From positions 160,653,678-160,691,821 of the forward strand of contig NC_068983.1 in the NCBI RefSeq assembly GCF_001194135.2: 38,144 bases of DNA, written 5' to 3'. The notes under the pieces are model-generated. The model saw only the letters and a program-made list of their open reading frames with translations. It made no database searches and was not told the origin of the DNA. The position numbers and the translations under genes were made by a program. Shown piece after piece: positions 20,930 to 33,088 of this stretch (the stretch's first letter is position 1; each line of letters begins with the position of its first letter). The stretch comes from Octopus bimaculoides (Eukaryota).

Positions 20930-22086
20930 TTGGGTTGGCAAGTTCCCGCCATGTTTTTTTAATTTAAATTTTTTTAAAGGTTTAATAAAAAATTAACAAC
21001 TAATTAATCAATAAAGTATTCACCCTTGTTGTTTACAACTTCTTCCCAACCTTCAACAAGATTTTCAATATCTCGTTGGTAGAAATCATCCGATCCAACC
21101 ACGCTCTCAATTCTGCATCAGTATTGAATGAAGCTCTGCGCATAGCATTTGAAAGAGATCGAAAGAGGTGGAAATCCGTTAGTGCCAAATTAGGAGATTA
21201 CAGCACTTCCCAGCCATGCGTTTGAATGGCTTCCTTGGTCATATTGATGATATGAGGGTGGGTTTTGTCGTGCAGCAGAAGAACTCCATGCTGACAATTA
21301 TGTCTTTTCTCTTGAATAGGCGTGTTGAGTCATTCCATCTGTTGAACCGTTCCACGTTGACTGTTTGGTTCCGTTCAAGCAATTTGTAATGGATAATCCC
21401 TTCCCACTCCTACCATACGCGCAACATCATTTTATGTGGATGAAGATCTTGTTTCACGTGCGGTGTCGCTTGTTTACCGGGGCTAAGCCATTCCTTACGC
21501 TGTTTCATGTTAATGTACAGTCACCATTTTTCGTCGCCAGTAACGATTCAGTAAAGAAATCGTTGCTTGTGTCCATGAGTTGAGCAGTGACGAGCAAGCA
21601 AACCAGCGGAGATTGTGGCTCATTGATTTTTGTTGTTGTCACTTAAAGCATGTGGAACCCATGCTCCATACTTCCGTGCAAAAGTTGGTTTAATCGCTCT
21701 TCATCTAACTCAACTAGATGGCAGAATGAGGTGCATCTATGAGGTCAAAATTTCTATTTTTGAACTTGGCATACCAATCATAAGTGGTTCTTTCAGCTAT
21801 AGCACCCACTCCATACACAGCACAAATGTCACGAGCAGCTTTTGCGGCTCTAGAACCTTGATTAAAAGCAAAAAGAAAGAGGTGTCAAAAATGCCCATTT
21901 TTCTTAATCTGACGTTCCATTTTAATGATCTGAAAATAAACAAAAATTAACTAAAATTAACTAGAAAAACAATAGATTCCAAAATGATTCAAAAATAGAT
22001 TTCTCAAAAAAATAGATTCCAAAATTCAAAAACGCCATAAATTCCAAAATTCAAAAAAAATGGCAGGAACTTAGTTGCCAACCCAA
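20930..22086 (-). mobile_element. Mariner transposon with both TIRs and TA target duplication
   Basis: TA 20928-20929 + ttgggttggcaagttcccgccatg; right end reads ttgggttggcaactaagttcctgccatt on the minus strand + TA 22087-22088. The left TIR lacks 4 nt (ctaa). Confidence 0.93.
21004..21920 (-). pseudogene. Mariner (DD34D) transposase pseudogene
   Basis: MERQIKKNGHF / ...GAWVPHALS...IVTGDEKW...HPHKMMLRVW / ...LLLHDKTHPH...GWEVL*SPNLALTDFHLF / ...KGEYFID*. Contains stops, frameshifts and deletions, including four codons before the YSPDL-equivalent motif. Confidence 0.92.
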
Positions 22087-22093
22087 TATTTAA

Positions 22094-22255
22094 TGGCACA
22101 AGTGTGGCTGTGTAGGAAGAAGCTTGCTTCCCAACCATATGGTTCTGGGTTCAGTCTCCAGCTTAGCACTTTGGGCAAGTATCTTCTACTATAGCCTTGG
22201 GCTGACAAAAGCCTTATGAGTGGATTTTGTAGATGAAACTGCAAAAATCCCATTC
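22094..22255 (+). mobile_element. Family A SINE 5' half
   Basis: gtgtggctgtgtaggaagaagcttgcttcccaaccatatggttctgggttcagtc...ctttgggcaagtatcttctactatagcc. Confidence 0.8.
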
Positions 22256-22276
22256 TATATATATATGTGTGTTTGT

Positions 22277-22561
22277 GAAGGCACATGGCTTAGTGGTTAA
22301 GGTGTTGCACTCACGATTGTGAGATTGTAGGTTCGATTCCCAGACTGGGCATTGCATTGTGTTCTTGGGCAAAGCTCTTGATATCACGTTGCTCTGCAAT
22401 CACTTTGGCATCTGACATGTGGCACCCCGTTGCCATTGCACCTATACAGGCAATGTCGATTTCATGGAGGGAGTGAGCTTATGTGAACACAAACATTTGA
22501 TCACTATAAGCAAATCATTTGTGTGGTTCTTCAGCAAGAAAAGGATGAACCCTCATACGTC
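22277..22561 (+). mobile_element. tRNA-derived SINE (family B-like head)
   Basis: A-box tggcttagtgg and B-box ggttcgattccc, followed by agactggg as at 8817-8836. Confidence 0.7.
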
Positions 22562-22562
22562 A

Positions 22563-23644
22563 TCATATATATATATATATATATATATAAAAACAAATAG
22601 TAAATGAGTATATGCATATATACGTACAGGTATGTGCATACCGACATCCACCTGTATGTATAGGTGCATATCTGGGTACAGGACATTGCAAACAAAACGT
22701 AGACAAGAAAACACACAAACCACATAGAGAACATTTTCCTAAGCTGGAGACTGAACCCAGAACCATATGGTTGGGAAGCAAGCTTCTTCCTACACAGCCA
22801 CACTTGTGCCATTAAATATTGGGTTGGCAACTATNNNNNNNNNNNNNNNNNNNNNNNNNNNNNNNNNNNNNNNNNNNNNNNNNNNNNNNNNNNNNNNNNN
22901 NNNNNNNNNNNNNNNNNNNNNNNNNNNNNNNNNNNNNNNNNNNNNNNNNNNNNNNNNNNNNNNNNNNNNNNNNNNNNNNNNNNNNNNNNNNNNNNNNNNN
23001 NNNNNNNNNNNNNNNNNNNNNNNNNNNNNNNNNNNNNNNNNNNNNNNNNNNNNNNNNNNNNNNNNNNNNNNNNNNNNNNNNNNNNNNNNNNNNNNNNNNN
23101 NNNNNNNNNNNNNNNNNNNNNNNNNNNNNNNNNNNNNNNNNNNNNNNNNNNNNNNNNNNNNNNNNNNNNNNNNNNNNNNNNNNNNNNNNNNNNNNNNNNN
23201 NNNNNNNNNNNNNNNNNNNNNNNNNNNNNNNNNNNNNNNNNNNNNNNNNNNNNNNNNNNNNNNNNNNNNNNNNNNNNNNNNNNNNNNNNNNNNNNNNNNN
23301 NNNNNNNNNNNNNNNNNNNNNNNNNNNNNNNNNNNNNNNNNNNNNNNNNNNNNNNNNNNNNNNNNNNNNNNNTCATATATATATATATATATATATATAA
23401 AAACAAATAGTAAATGAGTATATGCATATATACGTACAGGTATGTGCATACCGACATCCACCTGTATGTATAGGTGCATATCTGGGTACAGGACATTGCA
23501 AACAAAACGTAGACAAGAAAACACACAAACCACATAGAGAACATTTTCCTAAGCTGGAGACTGAACCCAGAACCATATGGTTGGGAAGCAAGCTTCTTCC
23601 TACACAGCCACACTTGTGCCATTAAATATTGGGTTGGCAACTAT
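22563..23644. other. 272-bp identical direct duplication (22563-22834 = 23373-23644) flanking a 538-N gap
   Basis: Base-for-base identity at an offset of 810; gap at 22835-23372. Probably an uncollapsed contig overlap. Confidence 0.9.
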
Positions 23645-24115
23645 TCATTCAACTAAAAATTCTTCAGCTGGGTGCTCCAGCATGGCTGCTGTCTAATGAC
23701 TGAAACAAATAAAAGATAAAAGATAAAAATGATTGATTGGCAAAATTGTGAGAACACTGGAACACTTTTGGTGTTTGTCAGGCTTTTCGCAATGGCCTCT
23801 TGAAAATATTACAAATAAAAGAGGTATAAAAATGAAGCCATTAATGTTGATGGTACCTAGTCCCAGATCAACTGTTATCAAACTGATTTACTTTTATACT
23901 TTTATTTATTTGTTAGTTTCAGTTATTAAACAGCGGCCATGCTGGTGCACAACCTTCAGGCATTTTTAGTTGATCATATTGATTTGGCATTACTTCAATT
24001 GTCTATATTTTATGGAGTGTTTAAGACATCATTTTGGTACAATAGCAGTTCTCCAGCCAGTAGCATTGCCTCAAACACAAACAAAAATATTAACAAAGAC
24101 TTGGAAACAGATAAA

Positions 24116-24149
<34 letters not shown>

Positions 24150-24939
24150 TACACACACCCACACACACACAATTACACACACACATACACACAAAGCATG
24201 AAAGGCTTCTGCATAGTTTTGACTCATCAAATATCATATACATGAAATTTGCTGACTACAATTTTATGATTCACAAAAAAAAAAAAAAAAAGTTGCTGAT
24301 TCTAGCATAGAAAGTCAAACAATCACACAGAACTTTCCTCTTACACTATCCTCCCTCAGTGATAGCCACAATACTACAATTCCACTTCTCACCATTTTCA
24401 GCTGAAATAGGTGAGAAGTACTCTAAGAGAGGTAGGCACATACACAGACATTTAGTAAGCAGGAGAGGGAATATGGAAGTAGATGGAGGGAGTAAAAACA
24501 AAAAATTCCTAGATCCTAATCTCTGGAGAACAAGACTTATTTCTGAAACCCTACACGTATATTAGATGATTTGCCATTGACAACATCAATAAAACTTTAA
24601 ACTGTTTCTTACAAAGATATTGATTGATTCCCTTTTACGGCAGTCCAGTCACAGTAACCGACACCACTGATATATCAAGCGGACTGTAAAATAAATAGGC
24701 AATAGCACTTTTTCCTGCTGGTACCATCTCACCTTTACAATTTGCCACTGTTATTTTGTTGTTGCATTATTCATTATTTCTTTCAGCTGTTAACTATAAA
24801 TATTCTGAAGAATACAGGGGAAAAGAAAAAAAAAAAACATCTTCACTCTATCGCCATGGACACTGCCAATATCAAGATCAGAAAATAAACATTTTTTTAA
24901 TTTTTTTTACAAGAATTGTATAACCCTCTTAAAAGAGAG

Positions 24940-25563
24940 TTAGTGGTGGTCGCGATGGGAGAGAGTGATGGTAGTGGCAGTGGTAGTAACAGTAGTAGAG
25001 AAGGTGAGAGGCTGACAGAAGTGGTGGTGGTGGTGGTGGTTTCAGCTGCGATAGCAACAGTGGTAGTAGTAGAAGTAATAGTAATAGTAGGAATAGTAGT
25101 AGTGGTGGTGGTGGTGGTGGTGCATGGGTGTCATAATGAGAGCAGTTATGTTTGTGATGCTGATTATGGGAAGTGGTAGTAGAGGAGGCAGTGGTGGTAG
25201 TTGGGGGGTGGGGTCTGAAAATAACTGTTATGAAATAAATTTGCTGGTTATAGCACAAATGCTGTAAATCTATAACATAAAGGCATTCAAAGGGGCAGTG
25301 GTAGGTGGCGGTGGTGGTGACAGTAGTGGTGGTGATGGTGGCGGTGGTCATCATCGTTGTCATCATCCTAGTCATGGTTGTGGTGGTCATGATGGTGATA
25401 GGGAAAGTAGTGGAGATGATGTGATGATTGTCATAGTGTAGGATGTAGCGCAGGAGATCATGATCCCAGTGGTGTTGTTGGTGATGTTGCTGTTGATGCG
25501 GGTTGTCATGATATTGTGAGTGTGTAATAGTGGTAGAAGTAGTAGTAATAGTAGTAGTAGTAA

Positions 25564-25607
<44 letters not shown>

Positions 25608-26200
25608 CAGATGGTTCTGGTATTGGTGCTGGTTCTGGTGGTGATAATCATCATCACCACCACTATCATCATCATCATCATCATCATTACCATTATTACC
25701 ACCACCACTACCACTACTATCATCACCACCATTACCAATACTACCATTGCCGTTACTATAATTCATCATCATTATCGACATCATCATCATCATCGTCGTC
25801 ATCATCATCATCATCGACATCATCGACATCATCACCACCACCACTGCCACCAGCACCACCATTACCAACACCATCATCACCACTACCACTACTATCATCA
25901 TCATCATCATCATTGTTGTCATCGTTGTTGCTGTTGTTGTTGTCATCATCATTGTCATCTCCGTCGTCATCATCCTCTTCAAGGCTGTTGCCTTCAATTG
26001 TATTGTCATAACAAAGTTCGTTACTACACTTAACAACAACAACAACAACTATAACAATATTCTTTCAACTAACACTCATCATTCCCAACTTTGCCACCAC
26101 CACTACCACCATCACCACAACCGCTGCCATCAACAACAACAACAAGAGCAACAACTTCACAACAGCAGCACCATCAAAATCATCAATACCAGCTGAACCA
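24940..26200. repeat. ~1.25-kb compound trinucleotide low-complexity domain
   Basis: (GTG/GTA/GAT)-rich to ~25640, then (CAT/CAC/TAC/CAA)-rich. Confidence 0.9.
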
Positions 26201-26823
26201 TCGAATACAAGTACTACGAGATTTCAGATGTTTACAAAAAAAAGCTCAGCTTGTTTTCTTGATCATTTCCTAATCTGAAGTACTTTGGTAACATATGAGG
26301 AAGTGGAATGGCATATAGAGTAAAAGTAGTTCTTTTAATATTTGATTGAATTATAGGTTCATCGTCCACCTATACTCTGTGTTCACATCCTACTATAATC
26401 AACTTTTGGGGGTTTTTCTTCCCTCCCTGGGATCAATAATTAAGTACCAGATATTCAATTCACTTGGGAGATTCCAAGAGATTTTTCTGGGTTTTGTTTT
26501 GAATATGTGAAGAAAATAAAATCATTGTTTATATGCAAAACAAAATAGTGTAAAAAATATTCACTGCATGCAAACAATGGTGTATCTATATATAGATATA
26601 CATACACCCATGGATATACATATGTATATATATATGAAACGTCTAGGTAGAATTGAGGCAGCTGATGAAGGATTAATTCCAAGTGGCTATCTGTTCTCCT
26701 ATGTGTTCGTTCCATGGTCTGTAGTTCATTGTTCTAACGTCCTGTACCCTGATATGCATCTATATACCCATGTATATGTAAGTATGTACATATATGTGTG
26801 TATACATGCATATATATTCTTCG

Positions 26824-26859
<36 letters not shown>

Positions 26860-27218
26860 TGATTTATGTATATATTAATATTATCTCGGTTGAAAAAACT
26901 TCAATAAGGAAAATATGTTAATAGTTACCTGGGCAGCAAAAATCACAAAAACTGGGATATCATACCCAGTTAATAGGTAGAAATACCAAGTTAAAGTGAT
27001 GTATTTTGAGTAGATATGAAGAATAATAATAAATGGAGCAAAACCCATATAATCAATAAGTTCCTTTAATTCCTACATATGTTTCAAAATATATGTGCAC
27101 TCTACTCCAAAGAAGTAAGAGGCGCTGGAATTGCACATAAATTCATCTTCAGGGAACCAACATACAAAAAGCAAGACAAGCGCTAAATGCTAAGGTTGCG
27201 TACGTGTAATAACATTAT

Positions 27219-27261
<43 letters not shown>

Positions 27262-27263
<2 letters not shown>

Positions 27264-27540
27264 TACATATGTAGAAAATCGGTATGTTTTTGTTTGTGGT
27301 GTTGTTAGCTAACTCCTCCTACATCATTTTATTGATCTTGATGAAACTTGACACATGAGTAGAACTCATGTCTGGAAACTACGTGACATACTTAGATTGT
27401 TGAAAAATATCGATAATACGGATCCTGGAAAGGACCTTTATGTCTACCTCATATAACTAATTTTTTTAAACACCCAAGGGAAATAATCCATAGCATCTGC
27501 ATAATTTGTTTTTAAACACTCAAGGGAAATAACCCATTTC
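27262..27540 (+). mobile_element. Possible Helentron/HINE(DINE-1)-like non-autonomous remnant
   Basis: gtatgtttttgtttgtgg...taactcctcc...gatcttgatgaaacttgacaca resembles the HINE core motif as I recall it. It is followed by two imperfect ~35-bp repeats (27458-27491, 27502-27537). Confidence 0.35.
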
Positions 27541-28338
27541 ATTGTTTATGTTCCATTACTTTGGACAGCTCATAAATAATGCACAATGCAGCATAAATCA
27601 AAAGAGCATAAATACATTTAAATATTATAAGTCACATTGTGGGATAAATAAGAATGTAAACACTTTTGCTGTACTACTAAAATGTGCAAAGAAAAGAGAT
27701 CGAATCTCCTGAAAGACCAGTTTATGGTTTGTTGACCACTCCTCAGAGAAAACATATCTAATTTCTTTCTCCAGTCAATAGCATAGATCATAGATATAAA
27801 TTAGTCAAGGATTTGACGAGTACCTGGGTGGCTAACTTAATTTGTTTGTTTGCATTTTTGACTACTTATTATTAATTAAATAATATCTATTAATGCAAAG
27901 CAGTGTAAATCAGAACAAAAACATTTAAATATTGCAAAAATTTACTGTGAGCAAAACGGAATATGAATGCTAATATAACCTTTCTACTTTACTGATGTGC
28001 AGAAAAAAAGAGGGAGGGAATTTCTGGACAGGCTGTTTTATGTATGTATTTGTATGTATGTGTTTGTGTGTGTGTTTGTATGTGTATGCATATATATATA
28101 TATATGCATATACCATATTTTCCAGCATCCACATTGGTGTAGTATAAAGTGGAAACATGTACTGTAACATTGTAACATCATCACTATCTTTCCGAATCCT
28201 GCTATATTTCCCATGGAATTTTGGTCTTCCAGAGTTGTCATGGTATATAAGTCAACCTACCTTTCTCTGATGTAAATTTTAGCCTGGAAATTTCAACCTG
28301 TATGCCAAAAGATACTGCATATATACATACATATACAT

Positions 28339-28567
28339 TGGCCATTGCCAGTACCGCCTGACTGGCCTTTGTGCCAGTGGCACGTAAACGCACCCACTAC
28401 ACTCTCAGAGTGGTTGGCATTAGGAAGGGCATCCAGCTGTAGAAACTCTGCCAAATCAGATTGGAGCCTGGTGTAGCCATCTGGTTTCACCAGTCCTCAG
28501 TCAAATCGTCCAACCCATGCTAGCATGGAAAGCGGACGTTAAACGACGATGATGATGATGATGATGA

Positions 28568-28570
<3 letters not shown>
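28339..28570 (+). mobile_element. RTE LINE 3'-end fragment with (GAT)n tail
   Basis: One internal unit plus the conserved terminus ...gcatggaaagcggacgttaaacgacgatgatgatg. Confidence 0.88.
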
Positions 28571-28616
<46 letters not shown>

Positions 28617-28648
28617 TACATATATATATATATATACACACACATATG

Positions 28649-28669
28649 NNNNNNNNNNNNNNNNNNNNN
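28649..28669. other. Assembly gap (21 N) within (TA)/(CA) microsatellite
   Basis: N run. Confidence 1.
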
Positions 28670-28732
28670 ATAGAATATATATAGATAGATAGATACACAC
28701 AAACACACATACACACATATATATAAACAGAT

Positions 28733-28803
<71 letters not shown>

Positions 28804-29046
28804 TACATATATATATATATATACACACACATATGTATGTATACATGCACACACATATGTTTGTATGTATAAACAAATATAAACACTTGTACATCATGCA
28901 CACACATATATGACATACAATACTATTGAAATATATATTGTGTAAGTGCTAATTTGAATTTATCACAAGAAAATATTATTCTTTCATTATTTCTACATCT
29001 GCTGAAGACATTTAAAGAGTGTTATTGTTTGGCCAGTGCTACTTAC

Positions 29047-29098
29047 TTAGTGGTGAAGCCTGGTTTACTTATGAGCCTGATAACTTGAGAAAGTAATA
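29047..29098 (-). CDS. Weak candidate exon (52 nt, phase 1-2): (V)LLSQVIRLISKPGFTT(K)
   Basis: Strong donor CTAA|gtaagt, acceptor atatcttag. Only the phase-1 frame is open, which matches the phase-1 end of exon 33292-33089. Confidence 0.3.
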
Positions 29099-29960
29099 CT
29101 AAGATATACCGATTTGTTTTCACAAACTGGGCATTGGTACTGTTATGAAGACTAAGTTCTCTTTAATATACAATGCTTGCTGACCTGACAATGAGGGAGA
29201 TCATGTCTTGTCAGTCAAGCTGCTAGAAAAAGCAGCCAAATATTACTTAAATCACACCACCCTCTTGTTTTAAAGGAAAAATACAGAATGGATAATGTGA
29301 TTAATCTGATTCTAGATGCACTATATCTAAGTAAAAGATGAAGTGGTCATGGATGGGTTGCTTTTGAAAATGCTAGCTCAGTTAAAATTGATCTGGGGAT
29401 ACACAGCAACAAGATCAAAAGCAACAACATTTGCTAGCTGATTGATTTCTTCTCATTGGCCCTGCAGAGCAGAAAATGATCATAAGATCAACAGGCTTCG
29501 CCATATGGTTAATGATTTTACTTGCGATTCCATGGCCTCTGGTTCAATCTTCCTGCATGGCCTTTTCAGTTCACATATCACAGCCTTCAGTTGACCAAAG
29601 CTTTTTGAGAGAAATTTAGAAAGTGGCAACTATGCAGAAGCCTGCCTGATGGACTGTACATGTGGTAGACTTAATTCATGGCCCTGTTTAACATCTCTGC
29701 CTGGCACTGAGGTTCATCTAACCATACACCCTTCTTAAACTCAACCATTTTAGTTGCCTTATGGTACATAAGGACATGGGTGCACCTGTTCCAAAATATA
29801 AACAAGATACCCATGACTCATGTACGATGCAATTCTTAAAAATTACATCATAAGAGTGTCGTTTTAACAATTGAAGAGGACAAGATCTATTGCAAGTACT
29901 TTCCATCAACACTTCATTGTTGACAATATTATTAAGACATAAACTAAAGTTAATATATAC

Positions 29961-30235
29961 AATGGTGAGCATTAGTCTGTTGAGGAGGGCTCTTGGCAAG
30001 GATTTTGCCCACAATGGAGATCAAGGTAATCCCTCTGCAGTTGGAGCAGTCGGACTTCTTTCTTCTGTTCTTATATAATGTGATGATGGCAGCATTGCAG
30101 AAATCCTGTGGTAACTTGCTATGCTCCCACTAGCAGATGGAAAGGTTGTGGAGTTTAGGACGCAGTGCTGCATCACCTGTTCTCCCAGATCCCGGATTTC
30201 TGGCTTTGCATAATAAATGCTTTGCCTTCATCCGT
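29961..30235 (-). mobile_element. RTE/BovB-like LINE RT fragment
   Basis: AALRPKLHNLSIC*WEHSKLPQDFCNAAIITLYKNRRKKSDCSNCRGITLISIVGKILA / RALLNRL resembles the RT N-terminal region of BovB-type RTEs. Confidence 0.85.
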
Positions 30236-30871
30236 GGAATACACTCAGAAAAGCACATAAATACAAATATATATATATAAACATACAATATACTTACATA
30301 TACGAACGTATACATACATATATATGCACGTATGCACACGACCAGTTTAAATTGCCCGCCTAAACATTTATTGTGGTTTAGAGTCAAGATTTTGACTGCT
30401 ATTTTCAGCGTGGCGGTATCCCTTAGATACCCTATATTATAATTATATATATATATATATATTTGCATATGTATGTATATAATACGAAATACTTTGTGTT
30501 CCTTTTCAATATGTTGTGCTATTTTAGTTGTGTTATTGTCATAGTTGTTGTTAATATTTGTTTTTTTTTTTTGTTGTTTTCTTTGTCAGCAAATAAGAAT
30601 CTAAATTAGTTATTAAAATCCTTAAAAGAAGTACATTAAGCTATATTTATTGGGATAATTCGATGTTTCCACTTGTTGCTGTTGATTTTGTTGTATTTGT
30701 CATTTTGTTTTTGGTTATTACTTTGTATTTTTTTTTAATATATCGACTTGATTTCAAACTGAATTGATGTGTTAAAGCATCATTGTTGTACTAAATCTAC
30801 CTCTTCACAAGTCTTGACCTAGAATAAAATTTCTTTAGCACTTACACTTTGTTATACAGTGATATTTTTCA

Positions 30872-30884
30872 TTATTTATTATTA

Positions 30885-30938
<54 letters not shown>

Positions 30939-31018
30939 AACAACAACAATGATAATGATAATAATAATAATAATAATATTAATAATAATAATAATAATAT
31001 TAACAATAATAATAATTA
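30872..31018. repeat. (TTA)n abutting (ACA)n/(ATA)n; self-complementary microsatellite
   Basis: Strand switch at ~30935. Confidence 0.9.
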
Positions 31019-31993
31019 TATTTAGCTGTATTTTTAGTTTTTCTATTTAAATTTTTCTTCAGTGAATTGATGAATTTGGAATGAAAACTGTTAAAATAAG
31101 TATCAACAAAATTTATGTATATATAGGTATATACATGTGTGTGCATGTGTGTGTATATATATATGAAACAAAAAAGAATCATTTTCTTTTTAGCTTTCTT
31201 AGCTTTGCTTTAAAAATCAGGGCTTGTTGGAAATATGTCTGAAGTTAAGGATTTTAAGACGTTTACTTAAATGTTGGAAAAGAGGAAAACCTGTTTCTAA
31301 GAAATTTTTATTTTTAATTTTCATTTTTGTTGTTGTTCTTGTTCTTGTCGTTGTTGTTTTGGTTTCATTCTGTTTTGTTTTTGTTATATGACTTTTAATT
31401 TTTTGTTTTTTTTTGAGTTTCACTTCGTACAATATCTGAAGATTATTCCCTCAGTACACGAAATATGACTGTGGGCAATATATGATTGAATAGTAGCTGT
31501 GTGCACTAGAAATACTTCTGCAACCACGAAGATGCAGATCGTCAATTTAGAATTTTGATAGTCTTTGCAAAGCCCGAGGATTTACATTAAAATATTTTCT
31601 TCTTTCTTTCTTCTTTTTTTTTTTTTACCAAAAATTATTGTCATTCTTTGAAAAATCAGGGAGTGATACCAGCAAGTTATATATCTAGACTATATTCCTT
31701 GCAGCATTTTGTCTCTTCATTCTTTCGTATATAGCTTGTAACAATCATAATGAAACATTCTCCTACATTCCAGCTTAAATTTAATTTTTTTTTCTTACAA
31801 TATATCATTGTAGAGTCCTTCACATAACCATGACAATATTGCCTTAAAACATATACATATACATATATACGTATACACATGTGTATGTATATATGTGTAA
31901 ATATCTATCTATCTATATATACATACAAAAATAAAAACAAAAACACAAAGGATTCTATATATATATATATATATATATCTATATATATATATA

Positions 31994-32732
31994 NNNNNNN
32001 NNNNNNNNNNNNNNNNNNNNNNNNNNNNNNNNNNNNNNNNNNNNNNNNNNNNNNNNNNNNNNNNNNNNNNNNNNNNNNNNNNNNNNNNNNNNNNNNNNNN
32101 NNNNNNNNNNNNNNNNNNNNNNNNNNNNNNNNNNNNNNNNNNNNNNNNNNNNNNNNNNNNNNNNNNNNNNNNNNNNNNNNNNNNNNNNNNNNNNNNNNNN
32201 NNNNNNNNNNNNNNNNNNNNNNNNNNNNNNNNNNNNNNNNNNNNNNNNNNNNNNNNNNNNNNNNNNNNNNNNNNNNNNNNNNNNNNNNNNNNNNNNNNNN
32301 NNNNNNNNNNNNNNNNNNNNNNNNNNNNNNNNNNNNNNNNNNNNNNNNNNNNNNNNNNNNNNNNNNNNNNNNNNNNNNNNNNNNNNNNNNNNNNNNNNNN
32401 NNNNNNNNNNNNNNNNNNNNNNNNNNNNNNNNNNNNNNNNNNNNNNNNNNNNNNNNNNNNNNNNNNNNNNNNNNNNNNNNNNNNNNNNNNNNNNNNNNNN
32501 NNNNNNNNNNNNNNNNNNNNNNNNNNNNNNNNNNNNNNNNNNNNNNNNNNNNNNNNNNNNNNNNNNNNNNNNNNNNNNNNNNNNNNNNNNNNNNNNNNNN
32601 NNNNNNNNNNNNNNNNNNNNNNNNNNNNNNNNNNNNNNNNNNNNNNNNNNNNNNNNNNNNNNNNNNNNNNNNNNNNNNNNNNNNNNNNNNNNNNNNNNNN
32701 NNNNNNNNNNNNNNNNNNNNNNNNNNNNNNNN
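31994..32732. other. Assembly gap (739 N) flanked by (TA)n
   Basis: N run. Confidence 1.
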
Positions 32733-32775
<43 letters not shown>

Positions 32776-33088
32776 TTATGTATGTATGTGTATGTGCATA
32801 TATACACACACACTCACAAGTAAGTATATAGATGCAAAACAAGGTGGTAAAGACAGTACTCAAATAACAAAGGTAGAGTAATATATTGTTTTCTTAAAGC
32901 TGAAAAAATCTTCACAAATTGTTTCTCAGAGGGATGACTCCAGACAGTAATGATAACACTTATGTACATGAATATATACAATTATTATCATTATTATTAT
33001 TATTATTATTATTATCTTGGTCAAGGCAGTCTTTTGTTACTATGAATTCTGCCTGAAGGTGCTCATTGTCTTTAGGCAAGTAACTTAC

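Noticed and set aside
22767-23640. ORFs of 193-314 aa here, at 31879-32863 and at 36548-37039
   Set aside because: They are made of X residues from N gaps.
22563-23644. Real 272-bp tandem duplication
   Set aside because: Perfect identity directly flanking an N gap is most simply an uncollapsed scaffold overlap.
24916-26273. Long ORFs of 163-272 aa (poly-V/T/H/S/M)
   Set aside because: Trinucleotide repeats open on both strands, with no splice or domain evidence.
26929-27074. Minus-strand exon or 23-nt microexon candidates near donor CAG|gtaact
   Set aside because: Several mutually exclusive parses, none clearly supported.
29809-29944. Minus-strand exon candidate LCLNNIVNNEVLMESTCNRSCPLQ...ESW
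   Set aside because: Only the phase-2 frame is open, which is incompatible with the phase-1 end of exon 33089. It abuts a LINE fragment and the donor is weak.
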